A DNA stretch of 64,000 nucleotides from positions 60,636,001 to 60,700,000 of the forward strand of contig CM060732.1 in the NCBI GenBank assembly GCA_030704615.1, in the 5' to 3' direction. A model generated the notes under the pieces. The model was not told where the DNA came from, did not search any database, and saw only the letters and a list, made by a program, of their open reading frames with translations. Made by a program: the position numbers and the translations under genes. The first letter of the stretch is position 1; each line of letters opens with the position of its first letter. The DNA comes from Takakia lepidozioides. Lineage: Eukaryota > Plantae > Bryophyta. Of the stretch, positions 24,998-38,440 are shown in pieces.

Positions 24998-25404
24998 TGC
25001 CAGATTGTGGGCACGGGGATTTAGTTGATCTGGATTTCTTAATCTTGGTTCTTTCTTGGGCTCTTTGATCCAAGGAAATCTCTCCTTTAGCATTCTCTAC
25101 TCTTTTCCCGGAGTGAGCCCCTCACAAAGGTGGTGTCTCTTCCTCTTGTTCTGCCCAAACTTGGCACGGGGTCTATGGCCACAAGGCTATGGCAAATAGT
25201 GTCTCAGGAGTACATTCTTTTCCCTTTCCACTTGCACATCTACCAATCCATTTATTGTTGTCAACCTTCGGCACAATATCTACAAAAGTCTCACCCTGGC
25301 TGCCTCTAAATGTTTGTTTGTTGAATGCAATCTCAAACCCACATGGAATGCCTAGGAAAGAAAGTACCTTGTAATGACAACCCATAATTCACAGACCGAA
25401 ATAC
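24998..25404. repeat. Left arm of a 407-bp inverted duplication (partner 44877-45283)
   Basis: Reverse complement matches the partner with ~7 substitutions by eye. Confidence 0.95.
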
Positions 25405-25827
25405 ACAACAAAATGTACAAAGCATGCACAAAGAAAGTGAATCGCCCAAACTTAAAGAGTTCAGACACTTCCCCGAGGCCTTAAGATCGCCGCTTGTATC
25501 TTAATGATCAATGAAGGTCACAGCAAGCAACCACAGCACAGGTAGATCGCCCGCCAAGCATTAGAGACAACCGCCACGGGAAAATTGCAGGTACTGCCGC
25601 CATTGCGCACCCCAAGAGGGGAAGAAGGTACTGAATCTTGCCAGAACACCTAAATGCCTTAATGGCGCAGCTCCATGGCATTCAAGGGCGCCTGAATCAA
25701 GCTCCATGCGCCCCCTGCCACCATCTCTCAGCTCCAGCTATCCCTTAAGCACGATCGGTGTGCCTACATGGCTGCCATGCATGAGTTGCAATCTGTCTCT
25801 GCAACAACTACAGGTAAGCAGGCATCA

Positions 25828-26927
25828 TGCCAGGAATTTTCACTGGGGGACGCCATCCCTGATATTGAGACCTATGGCAAGATCAGACTGCATGATTGTC
25901 TTGACTCAAGCTGGATGATTTTCTCCCACCCCGGTAAGTTTCCATTGTGTCCGAAAGTTCGTTGTTGGGTCGAATACAACATCCTTAAACTTTGATTTTA
26001 TTTGTTGAGCAGCCCTGGGAATTCACCCCCACGTGCACAACGAGTTGGGCAAGATTGCAACGTACATACCTGAATTCAAGAAGAATGATGTGAAGTTGTT
26101 GGCTCTCTCCAGCGACAGTGTCAAGGACGTCGAATCGAAACCTACACGGTATTATCGCAATCTCTCACTTTCTTGCAATATAATGTCATTTTCAGGTTTG
26201 GATTTCGGATTTGAGAGAGAGAACCGTCTCAATTGTCCAGCGAGCTTGAGTGAGATACTGACTGAATACAAGACTGCGATCCAAAGCGCCGTGTATAGTC
26301 CGGGCCAATTCTGAAGTGAAATGTATAACATACTCCGCAATCTGGGAATGTTTCTATGGTACATGAACATTGAACCTCCATTCCCGGCAGTAAACCACGA
26401 GTAGAATATGTATGTGGCTCAGACATTGCAGATTTCGTTTTGGCTCGCATGCTTTACTGGATGTCATCTCACAAAAATCTCGACATTTTCGGGGCAGTAT
26501 TAGTTGCGGTGGTTGTCAATCTCAGCCTAAGGCCAAGTTACGTACCTCATATTGGCAGACCCAGATCAGAAGATAATGACGGCTCTTATTAACAAGCTCT
26601 GACCTAAGGGACCCCTTGGGAAGGCCCCTAGCACCCCGCGCTTTGCACATTGTCGGCCCTGACAAGACGGTGACCTCAGCTGCTCTCTTGCAACAGATAT
26701 GATCGATGCATGAAACGCTTATATATTTCTCAAGCTCACATATATCAGCGTAAGGGAACAACTTGAACATTCATCTTTTCTAAGCTTCGCTGGTTGAGCT
26801 TGCTTGTGGTGCCCGGTGTTTTCCAGGTGAAAGCGAGTTTTCTGTGCCCAAGCACCACCGCAACATTGATGAAGTGATGCGAGTTCTGGATCCGGTCCAA
26901 TTGACCGCCAAGTCATTGCGACCCCAG
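25828..26927 (+). pseudogene. PER1: 1-Cys peroxiredoxin pseudogene (at least 4 exons)
   Basis: LGDAIPD...GKIRLHD...IFSHP | EFTPTCT/ELG...VKLLALS | YLILADPD...RALHIVGPDK | VKASFLCPSTT/RNIDEVMRVLD; GT-AG introns; frameshifts and a stop. Confidence 0.85.
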
Positions 26928-28134
26928 GTAGCTGGCGTCCTTGGGATAGTCATACCTACGCTTTAGTAGAGTACAGTGAGAAGTTACAGGAACCCAGTTT
27001 TCTTTAGGTGATGGGTGGTTTGCATCATGACTGCCCATATGTTGTTTGTGCTGGAGTTGTTGTCCGCAGTGAGATGAAGTTCTAGAACAGACTTTTGGAA
27101 AGTTACATTGGATTGTAACTATATTTTTGTGCCTATCACACAATCTGAGTGATATGTGCGGCATGATCATCTCCCCTATTTGAGATTTCCAGAGTGAACT
27201 CCAGATTGTAAGGTTGGTCCTGGCCGTGTATTATGAACGTGGTTATCCAACTATACATAAGATATTCCGAAGTACATTGCATGACTATCAGCAGGTGTGA
27301 AAGAGAAATGCTTGCAGTGAGTTTTGCTAACATTGCTGCTCCCATTTAGCTAGTGAGCCAGAGAGAGAAATGAATGAAGCAGATTTATAGATACAGAGCA
27401 TTCGAAGTCTCTCGTTGTATATCAGCTACTTGTGTCGCACTTCCAAATCTTCCATAGGCGAACTGCTGGCTCTCTCAAGACATAAAAATTCACCACCTCC
27501 AAATATGTTGGTTTCTTCAAACACTGATGATGCATTGCACTTGTTGTGAAGGGATTAGGGTAGTTATCAGCTTCCTGAACGTGCTGTCAATCTTAACCCT
27601 TCAAGGACGACCACCGTTTTGGTGGGCCAGCCCAAAAATGGTATGTACTGGCATGGATGAGCCCATAACTTCCTGCCCTGAATCATCCACAGAAATGGAC
27701 CTTATAGAAATGTGAGTAACTACTACATCCATCTGCCCATGGATTTTCAGAGACTTTGACCATTGCAATTGGCAGATTATGAGAAAATTGTAATGTTCTT
27801 TTTTCAAGCTACCACCAATTTCACATTGTGCTCAGAGACAATGGTGAAAGTTTTTTGGGATTCTGCCAAAGTGTCATCCTCAGATGTGGATTTTGCCAGT
27901 ATTTGGGTTCCATCCCAACTCAGGCATTCAGCGCCGGAGCAGGTAGCACTTTCCGGTGGGGGTTTTGGGGGGCCACGTCACAAAAACCCAAAAACGCAGC
28001 GGGGCCTCGCCACTCCAACCCGCAGCACCCCCTCCACCCCCCCCCCCCATTTCCCAAATAGTGCGCACCCGTTTTCACTCCAGGAAAGGGTTCTGCTGGC
28101 AAACTGTCAACACCATGCCCTCAAAACAGAAAGG

Positions 28135-28188
28135 CGTTTTAACCACTTTGACTATGGGGTTTGTTCTTGCGGGGATTATCAGAGAAAT
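28135..28188 (+). pseudogene. DYW-domain C-terminal remnant
   Basis: [16 protein letters not shown]; ~48/54 nt match to 43638-43691. Confidence 0.75.
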
Positions 28189-29279
28189 AAGCAAAGTGTA
28201 TGAATGGATGTGTGTGGTCACTTTAAACACAGGTCATTATGTGTCCCTGTTTTTGAGAACCAATAGAAAAGTTGAAAGAAATGATCAATCTCATTCAATG
28301 CCACAGTCAGCACTACACTTCAATTTCAGGAGTGTTTGCATAGCGGCAGTGAAGGCGGAAATTTCTGCAAGCAAAATGGGTGGAAAGAGAGGATCTACTG
28401 AAGACTGGAAGACAATGTGGTTGAGGACAATTGTCTTTGGCATCAGTGGACAATATCAGTGTCTTAATAAATGCTGCCACTGCCATGTCTGTTATTTGGG
28501 TCCGCGTAGGTGAGAGCACACTACCAAGGCAATGCCCGGGGGCAGGGCAGGAAGCTGCCAGGTGGATCCACACCCGAGAAAAATGGAATTACTATCATGA
28601 GACTCACATTGGATTTCAAACCGACAAAAGCTTCTACCCTTCTACCCTGATTTTAGCTGAAAGGCTGAGAAAGATGGACTTAAATCAGGGGCCCTCTGGG
28701 TTTACATACTCAACTGGCTCTCAAGGCTGGCAAATGTTTGGGATGATATTTTTATGTGATTTTCTCTCCCTACCATGGGCCTTACAAGAGTATTTCTTTC
28801 TCTGATTTCTTTGGCAACAACAGACAGACAGTTTTGCTTGCTCCTCTCACGTCCACAAACCATGTCACTCAAGGAATTCTCACTCTCTTCGTAACAATCG
28901 AGTCAGGGATCCGTCCCTGGCTGATATTTGGGTCGTGTGAGAAAACCTTGCAGGCAGCCAGTGTGATTCAAACGGACCAAAGCTAGTGGAGGAAGAAAGA
29001 TGATGGAAAGTACCCTCTAGCATTCCTCCACAACACACCTAGGTCAGGTCAATGTAGAGCTGCCAAGGAATTATGTTTGAGCACAAGCTCTCAATGGAGA
29101 CTTAGATGACTGGAAGTGGGCAATTATCAATTTCTTGTAGTTCTTTCACACAGGCCAAGCAGTTCACATGTAAAGGTTCTGGCAGGAGTTCCTCTCAGTT
29201 CATTCATAAGGGGGGTGTGATGGGTTTGATTAGGTGAGACTATCTTCATTTAGGAGATGAAAGAGTCTATCAGGAAGTG

Positions 29280-29700
29280 TCTTCAAAGGCATGTCATTGT
29301 TTTGTGGACTGGATAATCTTCAGTTCCCTAGATCAATGTAAAAATGAACAAGCTTCAAAAGGGTTCTGCTTATTGCTATTAGTAGGTTGTTGTTCTTTGT
29401 TGTTAGCTTGGTCTGTGAGAGGCTATGTTGATGCTATTGAAACCTTTCGATGGATGAAAACAGAGCTAGCTGCCATATTACCAAGGATTAGGCATATTTG
29501 CCAGTTCGATCTCAAAACTGGTGGCAAGGGTACCATCACCAATGCCTTGAACCAAGAGAGGGGTCAACAAGAACTCTTCTAGCACTTGCAGGACCTTATT
29601 GTGCAAAGATCCACAATGAGGGCATACATCATTTTATTGTAGAAGACAAGATGCATCCCAATTTGAGGAATTTCATGTGGAGGTAAGAAGGATTTGTTTG
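29280..29700 (+). pseudogene. Highly decayed PPR / E+ remnant
   Basis: IHHFIVEDKMHP aligns with [12 protein letters not shown] of the intact gene. Confidence 0.45.
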
Positions 29701-30045
29701 CTATGTATTGGGCTCATTAGCATGCCCCCAGCGACTCCTGATCGTGTCATCAAGAGTGGTGATAGCCACACAGCCGTCATGTTGGTGAGCAGGTGTTCTA
29801 CAAATTGCCAATCACTTCCAAGGTGGACTTGAGTCAAGATTGCACTTTCTTTCAGGTCCTCACAGTAGTGATCAGAGATCAAAGCTAATTGCATTGGTAG
29901 CCAGATCCCATTCACCACATGGTCAGTACCATCGAACAACCTCTGGACCAACACATCCTTCAAGCCACTTCAACAAATAAGCCCCCAGTGCAGTTTGTGA
30001 TAGATAATTGAAACTATGTGGATAATCCTCTCATTTTTTAATAAT

Positions 30046-30602
30046 AGGGTCATGAATGCACGGGCAGGCCCCACCAGTACGGCCCTTGGGGTGAGCTCAT
30101 AAGCCCACCGCCATTCACCGGGTCGGCCATATTCTGAAATTTTTCTAAGTCCTTGTTCATCTACCATGGCGGATCTTCTAGCGGATTGGGCAGACCTTCC
30201 AGCAGACCGACGAGCAGACTGGGCAAACCCCCCTCCAGCAGACCGGCAAACCCTCCAAGCAGACCCCCATCCAGCAGACCGGCATGGACCCTCCAGCAGA
30301 CCTCTAGACCCTTCGACAAAATATATATTTAATAACACACATTACTGCCGCAATACAACCTAACAAAATTTGAACACCAAATTGCTCTTAACCACCACAC
30401 TACGAGCAAGCCCTTGCAATAACTAATGCTTTATGTGCATATTGTGGCCCCCAATAGACTAGCTCATGTGTTTTGTGGTCCCAAGCACACTGCCGCCCAG
30501 CAGCAGACTGGCGGGGTCTGGGTAGGGGCGCTCCCAACCCCCGCGGCCCCCTTTGCCACACGAGGCCCCGCCGTAGCCATACGCGCGGGCATTCATGACC
30601 CT
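30046..30602. mobile_element. hAT-like MITE
   Basis: 14-bp perfect TIR AGGGTCATGAATGC / GCATTCATGACCCT; internal CCAGCAGACC repeats; TSD unclear. Confidence 0.65.
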
Positions 30603-31905
30603 TTTATTGTTCAATGAGAAGCATGTGGATAATATACATGAATTTGTTTTGCAAATCCATCTGTAAATGACTCATCGAACTTTGTTCTGAATATCAATGT
30701 AAGGGCTTTGTCCCACAAAATACATTATAATAAAGTTAACCAGGGCCTAATCCCCCCGTTGACAAAATAGTAATAAATAGTATTAAATAAAAATAAAAAT
30801 AAAATATATCGATGGTTTTCTTTCTTTTTGGTCTCCTTCTTTCAAAAAATAAAAATAAAAATGTAAGGACTGCCCGTCCCCCCCCAACCCCCGGCCCGGG
30901 CCGCACCCTAAGCTAACATAGCCTAAAAAGTTAAAGTAATAGAGTTATCTGTAAAGTGAGCCTGAGTTTGGTACCCTGTTTTGTAAAGCTAGAACCCCGA
31001 CACAAGGATATGCTCGCGTCCGCTGCGGGTTAAGTCATGCACATGGGATTGCAAGCTATAGAACTTTGCCAAGCCGACAGGGAAGGATCTATTGCAGAGC
31101 ACACATACAATCTAAGCCAATCGTTGCCCGCAACAAAGCATCAACACAGTTTCATCCAGCGTCCTTCACACATCCACTGCACCAGTTTGTACACCAAAAA
31201 CATCCTGCCTAAGCCTGATGATCACTTCATTTAAATTATCGGGAGAGGCTAATCTGGAGATCCAGATGCAGCACTCTTATTGGACATGCAGATTACAAGA
31301 CCTCACATCCGCCAGCTCAGTGGCTTATCTCGTGACTGTTAACGTAGGATAATCACATAACCAAAGATAGTCCTTGTTATCATTAATGTCCAACAACCCC
31401 ATGCTTTTCATCCAAGGGACTGACAGGAGAGCATATGCACCGCCATGGAATCCGGAGCTCCACATATGTAAAGCGTGCCCCAGCTAGGAAAGCGAGCTCC
31501 TGCGAGCTAACTGAAATACCTAACTTCCGAAGCTAAGTAAATCACACCATACCTAATACTAGCATCCGCCGCGAGAGGGATGAAAAAACCCTCAGCGAGA
31601 AAACCTTGCACCTGCAAAATGGGCTAAAAGCAAAACTCGCTGGGGGAAAACCCCCTATCACCTTACAATAGTGATGCAAAACACTAACACGAGGCTAAAG
31701 CCTGTGCTAAGTTCGTCCACCTCCTCTAACACCAAATGGCGCAGGTCTGCAGCAGACCATTATTTGCACACCACACAACACCAGAGATGGCCACTGTTGA
31801 ACCATTCAGAAAGCACATAAGAGAGGCCATAGCTTGAACCTCCAGAAAATACACAAGACTGCAACACTCCAGCCTTTAATCCTTGCACTCAATCACACAC
31901 AAAAA

Positions 31906-34900
31906 TCAGCCAGTCGTCCTGCCTTCTACATTGATGCATGTGAGATCGAAGACCAATCGGCTGTGCACCAGGGAGTCCACATGCACAGGGTGAGTTATGG
32001 GTGGCGTGGAGTGATGTTGGGGAAGCAACATGAACTTCCTCCCACGAATTTTTTCAGTGATGAGATAAGGACCCTCAATGCGTTTCGAAGCTTTGGAGAT
32101 AATTTTCCCAGATTGCAGACGGACACACACAGTTTGGCCCACCAAGAATTCTTCTGAGTAGTGAACTTTCCTGTTGTAGTTATGAGCCTCCACAGCCTGA
32201 GCCCGAGAAATGTTAGTCCTGGTCTTAATCTCAAAGACAAGCCGTTTGGAAAGCATAGCATCCACAAATTGCTGCCAATCAGTGGGCTCGGCAATGGGAG
32301 TGAGCAACGGAGTATCATACAAGGGAGTGCGAGCCTTTCTACCATAGAGTAACTCCCATGGAGAATACCTGGTGGTAGAGTGTACAGAGGTCCGATAAGC
32401 AAAAATCAGAGTGGGTAGAGTAGTATCCCAATCACCCAAGAGTGACCCTGTCTTCTCAAGCATAGCACACATGGTATGATTGAACCTTTCAGTCAAGCCA
32501 TTGCATTGAGGATGATAGGGTGCAGTCGTACGATGCTTAACACCCAAATTAAAACACACAATTTGCATGAGCTGATTACAAAATTCAGAGCCTTGATCGG
32601 TGAGGATCTCCTGGGGACAGCCTTGGCGCAAGATGACCTCGTTGAAAAAGAACTGTGCCACAGTGTCTGCATCTTTAGCAGCCAAGGGTTGAACCTCCAC
32701 CCACTTAGATAGGTAATCAGTTGCCACAGCAATGTAACAATGTCCCTTAATCGTAGGCTGGAGTGGCCCAACTAGATCTAGGCCCACTCTGGCGAATGGT
32801 TCAGATACAGGAATGGGTTGCAAGGCAAATGAAGACGGGCCCTAGGAAGCAGTGTCTGGGAGTGATACTCCACACAACAAGAGATAAAGCGTGTAACCTC
32901 TTGAACCATCCATTTCCAATGATACCTCTCTTGGAGCCTCTTCAAGGTCTTAGTGATGCCCAAGTGACCAGCAAAAGCAGAAGAATGATGCAACTCAAGC
33001 AACTCTGAAACTGAATCCCTATTAGGAACCTCCATAGCATGGGTCTGACCTTCCAAGGCAATCCTCATGAACAGTTTACCTTCACGTGCCTCACAATGGG
33101 GAAAATGATAGTTAACATGTCTTTGAGTATCCTTGGATATGCCTGGAAGTTGAGTGCCGTCATGCACTTATGAAGTAGAGCCAAATGCAACTGATTCTCC
33201 ATACCTGTACACTTAGCAAGACCAGCGAGCAGTGGGTTAATATGAGGAGATAGGAGTGTCCGCCTCTGTGTTCTCCTATAACATAAGAGTCTCATACCAC
33301 ATTTGAACATGGTCATGGAGGTAACAGGCAGGGCTGAAGCGCAGGTCCTAAGGGGAATAGATCACTATGGTAGCTATGGAAAAGACAGGATATGCCTAAG
33401 CTGAGAAGGTACAACCACTCTGAAATTTGCAGATGCGATCTGCTGCACACCCTTCCACCCATAAGATGATCAACCAGGGTCAAATGTCATGAGATCCCAA
33501 TCATCCAACAAGTTCATGGACCTAGGCATCTCATCAAGCAAGCTACAAAACAAAAGCTGATCTGCAGTGATGGTAGAAGTAGGAACAGATGCAGGTAAAG
33601 CAATTAAATCATCAAGAGAAGAGTAAGGGGTGGGAACCTTTGTTTCCCCTCTTGTCAATGCATCAGCGTTACCATTTTCTTTGCCCTTCTTATATACAAT
33701 GTCATATTCAAACCCTTGTAGAAGAAGAGACCAGCGAGCCAATCTACCTGATAATTCTCGTGGAGTTTTCAAGGCTTTGAGAGGCAGGTGGTCAGTCTCA
33801 ACAATAAAATAACAACCATGTAAATACTGACGGAAGTGTTTGACACCAAATATAACTGCTAGGCCTTCCTTATCGGTAATGCTATAATTTCTCTCATGCT
33901 TGTCGAGCCGTCTAGATGCATAAGCAACAACATGCTCACAACCATCCTTCTTCTGGCTTAGGATGGCTGAAACAGCTAGGTCACTAGCATCAGTCTGCAA
34001 CAGAAAGGGAATGGAGAAATCAAGATATATGAGGATAGGAGCAGAAGTCAAGGCTATCTTGAGTCTCTCAAAGGCCAACGCTTTTGCCTTACCCCACTGA
34101 AATTTAACATCTTTGCAAAGCAAGTAAAACAAGGGACCAGCTAGCTTAGCAAAATGAAGGATGAACCTTCTATAATAAGATGCAAGGCCTAAGAATGCTC
34201 TTACACAATGTTTGTCCTTCGGGATAGGAAAATCCCAAACTGCCTGGACTTTAGTTAAGTCAGGTTTGATGCCATCCCCACAAAGAACGTGTCCCAAAAA
34301 GCGCAACTCCAGCATACAAAAATCACATTTCTTTGCCTTAACTTAAAGTCTAGCACTTCGTAACCTGCTCATGACTCTTTGCAGGTCCAAAAGGTGAGAT
34401 GCAAAGCTGCTGGAATAAATATTGATATCATCTACATATACAAGAGCACATTCCCATCTTAAATTACCAAGGACCACGTCCATGAGCCTTTGGAAGGTAG
34501 CAGTGGCATTACAAAGCCCAAACGGCATGGTTTCATACTGAAACAGACCATACCTACAGGTAAATGCAGTCTTTTCTTTGGAGTCCTCCGTTAGTGGAAC
34601 TTGCCAGAACCTAGAGGCTAAATCAAGGGAAGAAAAAATAGTTGCCCCATTAAGTTGGTCTAGGGTCTCGTTGATACGTGGCAGGGGATAGACATCTTTT
34701 TTAGTCATTGCATTCAACCTTCGAAAGTCCACACAGAAGCGTGTGGTGCCATCTTTCTTCCCCACAAGCACAATGAGACTAGCCCAGGGGAAAACAGAAG
34801 GCTTTATCACTCCTGAATCCAACATCTTCCTAATTTCTTCTTGAATGACTGCTCTTTCACGGACATATTCTCTGTAAGCATATTGTTTGACTGGTTTTCC

Positions 34901-36103
34901 TTCAGTAATAATTTCATGCTTAAGTATCTTTGTGCAGCCCAGGTCATGTGAACCTTTGCTAAATATGTCCAAGTTCCTTTTGAGCAGCAAATGTAATTGA
35001 GCTTGCTGAGAATCAGTCAGTTCACCCACCTTAATCTCAGCCAGTACCTGTTGAAAGTGAGCTTCTTGCTCAGTAGTGAGGTTGTGACTTGTTGGGGCTG
35101 CAGCTAAACTGGTCATAGCAATCAGACCATCCAGAGGATCATCTTCCAGACCAATATCTCGTAGATATAAAGCTGGTTCCACCGAGGATATGTCATTGAT
35201 GGGCACAGCAGTGAGCCTGGCCAGCACTTGACCCTTCTTGATGGTGACAGGCATACGCTCTAGATTGGCAATCAGAATGCGAACATGACCCCTAAAACCC
35301 TCATCCCAAAGCCCTGATGCAACCAAGCAATGTTTTTGTAATGATAGACGTTTCCATCCCTCAATCTCAAGATATTTGCCTTGTGGGCAGATGAAGGCAA
35401 GGCCTGTAGACATAATGACTTGAGACATAGCAGGTAATTGAACATTAACAGGGGCTCTAAGAAGAAGGGTGTCACCCTCGACAGGCATGGGTGCGCCAGT
35501 CTTGCTGCCAGCAGCAGGTATGTGCCACTGGTGCAAAAGCATCGTTGGGGTGCTCTGAAAACGAAAGAAGCGAGTCCAGTTGTATGTATCTCCAGCCCGT
35601 TGTCTGACTTCTCGTGAGACAACCTTCATGCAAGCAAGATGTCTGGTCCCATTGCCTGCCAGGATAGGGACCTGATTCAAATTAACTTTGCAGCTGCCAC
35701 CTTCACCATCCTTCAAGGTCATAACATTAGTACAAAGATCAATGGAAGCCATGGCTTCAGACATCCAATCTAACCCTAAAAGTAGTTGTTTGCCCATGGT
35801 TACAATCCCTGTGATGGTGACAACCTTGTGACTAATTCTGACTGGTATACTAACTAAACCAAGAGGTTCATAGCTGGTTCCATCAGCTATGGTGACCTCA
35901 ATACCCTTGGCTAGAGACATTTTCAAACCCAGAACTTGAACCGCATGCAAAGGAATGGCAGATACTGTACAGCCCGTGTCTATGACACATTGAAAAGACA
36001 AGTGACCAATATGACACTGTGTCATTAAGGGGTGAATACGCTCTCTATGCTTGGTTTTCACCACCTCAGTATGGAGCAACTTGAAATTTGTGGACACAAG
36101 CAA
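31906..36103 (-). pseudogene. pol: pol (PR, dUTPase-like, RT, RNase H, IN) with several frameshifts and stops
   Basis: VIDTGCT; STGLAFICPQG...GLWDEGFRG...GQVLARL; RFCVDFRRLN...YPLPRI...YVDD; LQTDAS...NYSITDKEGL; VGLDLVGP...TDQGSEF...PQCNGLTE. Confidence 0.92.
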
Positions 36104-36239
36104 AGTAGCTGATGGGTTAGAAGGTCTACACCTGTGATCACCTGGCCCTTCCTTAGCAGATGACCTTACTTGTTTAAAGCACCCTTACCCTTTTGATCTC
36201 GTTTCCATTGCTCATAGATGGCAGGTAAGTCTGGCTGCA

Positions 36240-37295
36240 TGGGGCAAAACTTGGTCCAGTGCTCAGTGCTCTTACAAATCAGGCAGGCTGCTCTTTCCTG
36301 ATAACCTGAACCAGTATTGGTTCGACCTCTATGACCCGCCTTCTTTCGCCATCATCATAAGTCCGCCAATGACTTTCAGCTTTGAAAGCCTGAAGCTCCA
36401 TCCTTACAGTATCCTGCACATTTCTCACTACAACAGGCAACAATTCTAGGCAGCCCTCATCCCCATCAGTACCAGTACATGTATCAACATCATGTAACAT
36501 GACCTGAGACCGTTTGGTAGGAGCTAAACCTCTCTTTGCTGCCTTGATGCGAGCCCTTTCCTCAATGAGCTGAACCATCTCCTTGTCCGTTTTGTATGAG
36601 CTTTTCTCCAAGAACACTTGTTCAGCTGGTGGTAACCCTTTGATGAAAGAAATCTTGGTGGTCAATGGTCTCTCAGCCACCACTGGCACTGCCTTGCATA
36701 CTGAAGTCCTGATTTCTGCATAGTGTTTCCACACACTCTCTCCTATGCAAAATTTTCTTTTAGGAATGGCATAGTGGGTAGGTTTAATTTCCTGAAACAG
36801 CTGATGAGCCAATTCTTTGGCCACCTTCCAGGAGATCTCTCCCATATCCTGGATACTAGCTTCAAACAAAATCTGAGCTTCTCCTTTCAAACAAAACCTG
36901 AACGTGCTGGAAATAAATTCCGCTGGCACAACATTCATCTTCATGCTTAATTCAAAGAACCTTAAGAAATTATCAAAATGGTCACCCAGCTTAAACTCTG
37001 GGTATGTCTGCTTGACAGGTTTGAATTCATGAGGTTTGACAACTGTTTGTGTAGAATTAGTTTGTTTGTTCAACAAAAGTTCCAACAAAGGACAATCAGA
37101 GATAGTTTTCATGGCATCACAAAGATCTTGTAAGTCCAATCCATCCGGATGATTGATGCCTCTTGATGTCGCAACAAGTTGTGTCTCAGGGCCAGGAACT
37201 GAGTCATCACCAAAGATCTCCTCTATCCCTTCCTTCCATTCACTCATCTTAGCACTTTCAGACTCCAACAGTTTAGCACGTCGCCTGGTCAGCAT
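36240..37295 (-). pseudogene. gag: gag
   Basis: 338-aa ORF with capsid-like FDNFLRFFE...CLKGEA...ISWK; frameshifted zinc knuckle CLICKSTEHWTKFC at ~36243-36284. Confidence 0.8.
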
Positions 37296-37336
37296 CCACT
37301 AAGATAACGTAAATGAAGATCAAGGCATAGAGAAAA

Positions 37337-38392
37337 TCACCTGTCACTGGGATGCAACATGCACTTCTCCCAATCCGTGACGGTGTAGGAAGAGATGAAA
37401 CGATGATTGTAACTGAGATACACGGCTTCGCCCTGCAGATGCCAAAGTGATTGAGCCACCATCAGCCAAAATGCAACACGAGTCACCGTGCGCACTACCC
37501 TCTCCTTGACTACCAAGGAGTGCAATGGATACTTGTCAACAGGAGTCTGGACTCGACAGAGCCCGACCTTCTCTTGATCAAAGGTTTTGCCAGGAAAAAT
37601 CACAATATCCCGTGCAGAGAGGTGAAACAAGTGCTAGGGGACGCCAGTAATGGATTGTTCCCACGAAAAATCATTAGCAGGCTGATCGGGAGTCCAGGCA
37701 GGACGTATATTTGTCAGCGCCGCCGCACTCCCACCCCGAACAAGCTCCCAAAAACGATAACCACTAGGAACCTTCGGGTGCAGAAAGCTCTCAAGGTTGT
37801 TGGTGCGATCTCGAGTGACAACAAACTTAGGCACTCCAATCTGTGGCCAAGTGAGCAGCTCGCCTTGTCCAAGTCGCTCACGGATGACCTCCCGAGGTAA
37901 GCACTTGGCGATTTCCTTTGCATGCACCTTCTGTAGCAGTCTGCCAGCAAACACACCTTGCTTGGCTTCAGCAATCTTGCGACGCTGCTCGCGTTTTTCT
38001 CCTTCAGAACTCACAGTCTTGCGCGCTTCATCAACGGCCGTCTGCTCAAACTTCTCTATCCAGTAAGCCGAGGGCACATCAAGTGGAATCTCAGCGTCTC
38101 CCCTCACTGACGGGTCTCCCTCGTAAGGCCTTAGCACTTCAGGGGACGCAATATCATGCACAACACTCAGGAAGACAGCTTCAAACGAATCGTCGTCAAT
38201 CACAAACGAAGCAGCATCAAACTGGAAGCCATAGTCGCCGTTTGCACAATGTTCACTCACAAAGTAGGAAGACACAAGACACACAAAATCAGCAGAAACA
38301 ACATACACCATGAGGGACAAATGATTGAACATAGTGGATCGCGCAACCATCTTTCTAGATTTCCCGTACAGCCGTCTTTCCACCATAGCCAC
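37337..38392 (-). CDS. Extra ORF between PBS and gag, unknown function (~350 aa with one in-frame TAG)
   Basis: ORFs 37634-38392 and 37337-37630 are in the same frame, separated by a single TAG. Confidence 0.6.
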
Positions 38393-38440
38393 ACCGAACC
38401 TAGGCTATCATTAACAGGACACCCAAGCCGTTAGATTTAA

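Noticed and set aside
27946-28064. Possible Tourist-like mini-MITE
   Set aside because: Only a short GCACT/AGTGC match plus G/C runs, and no TSD.
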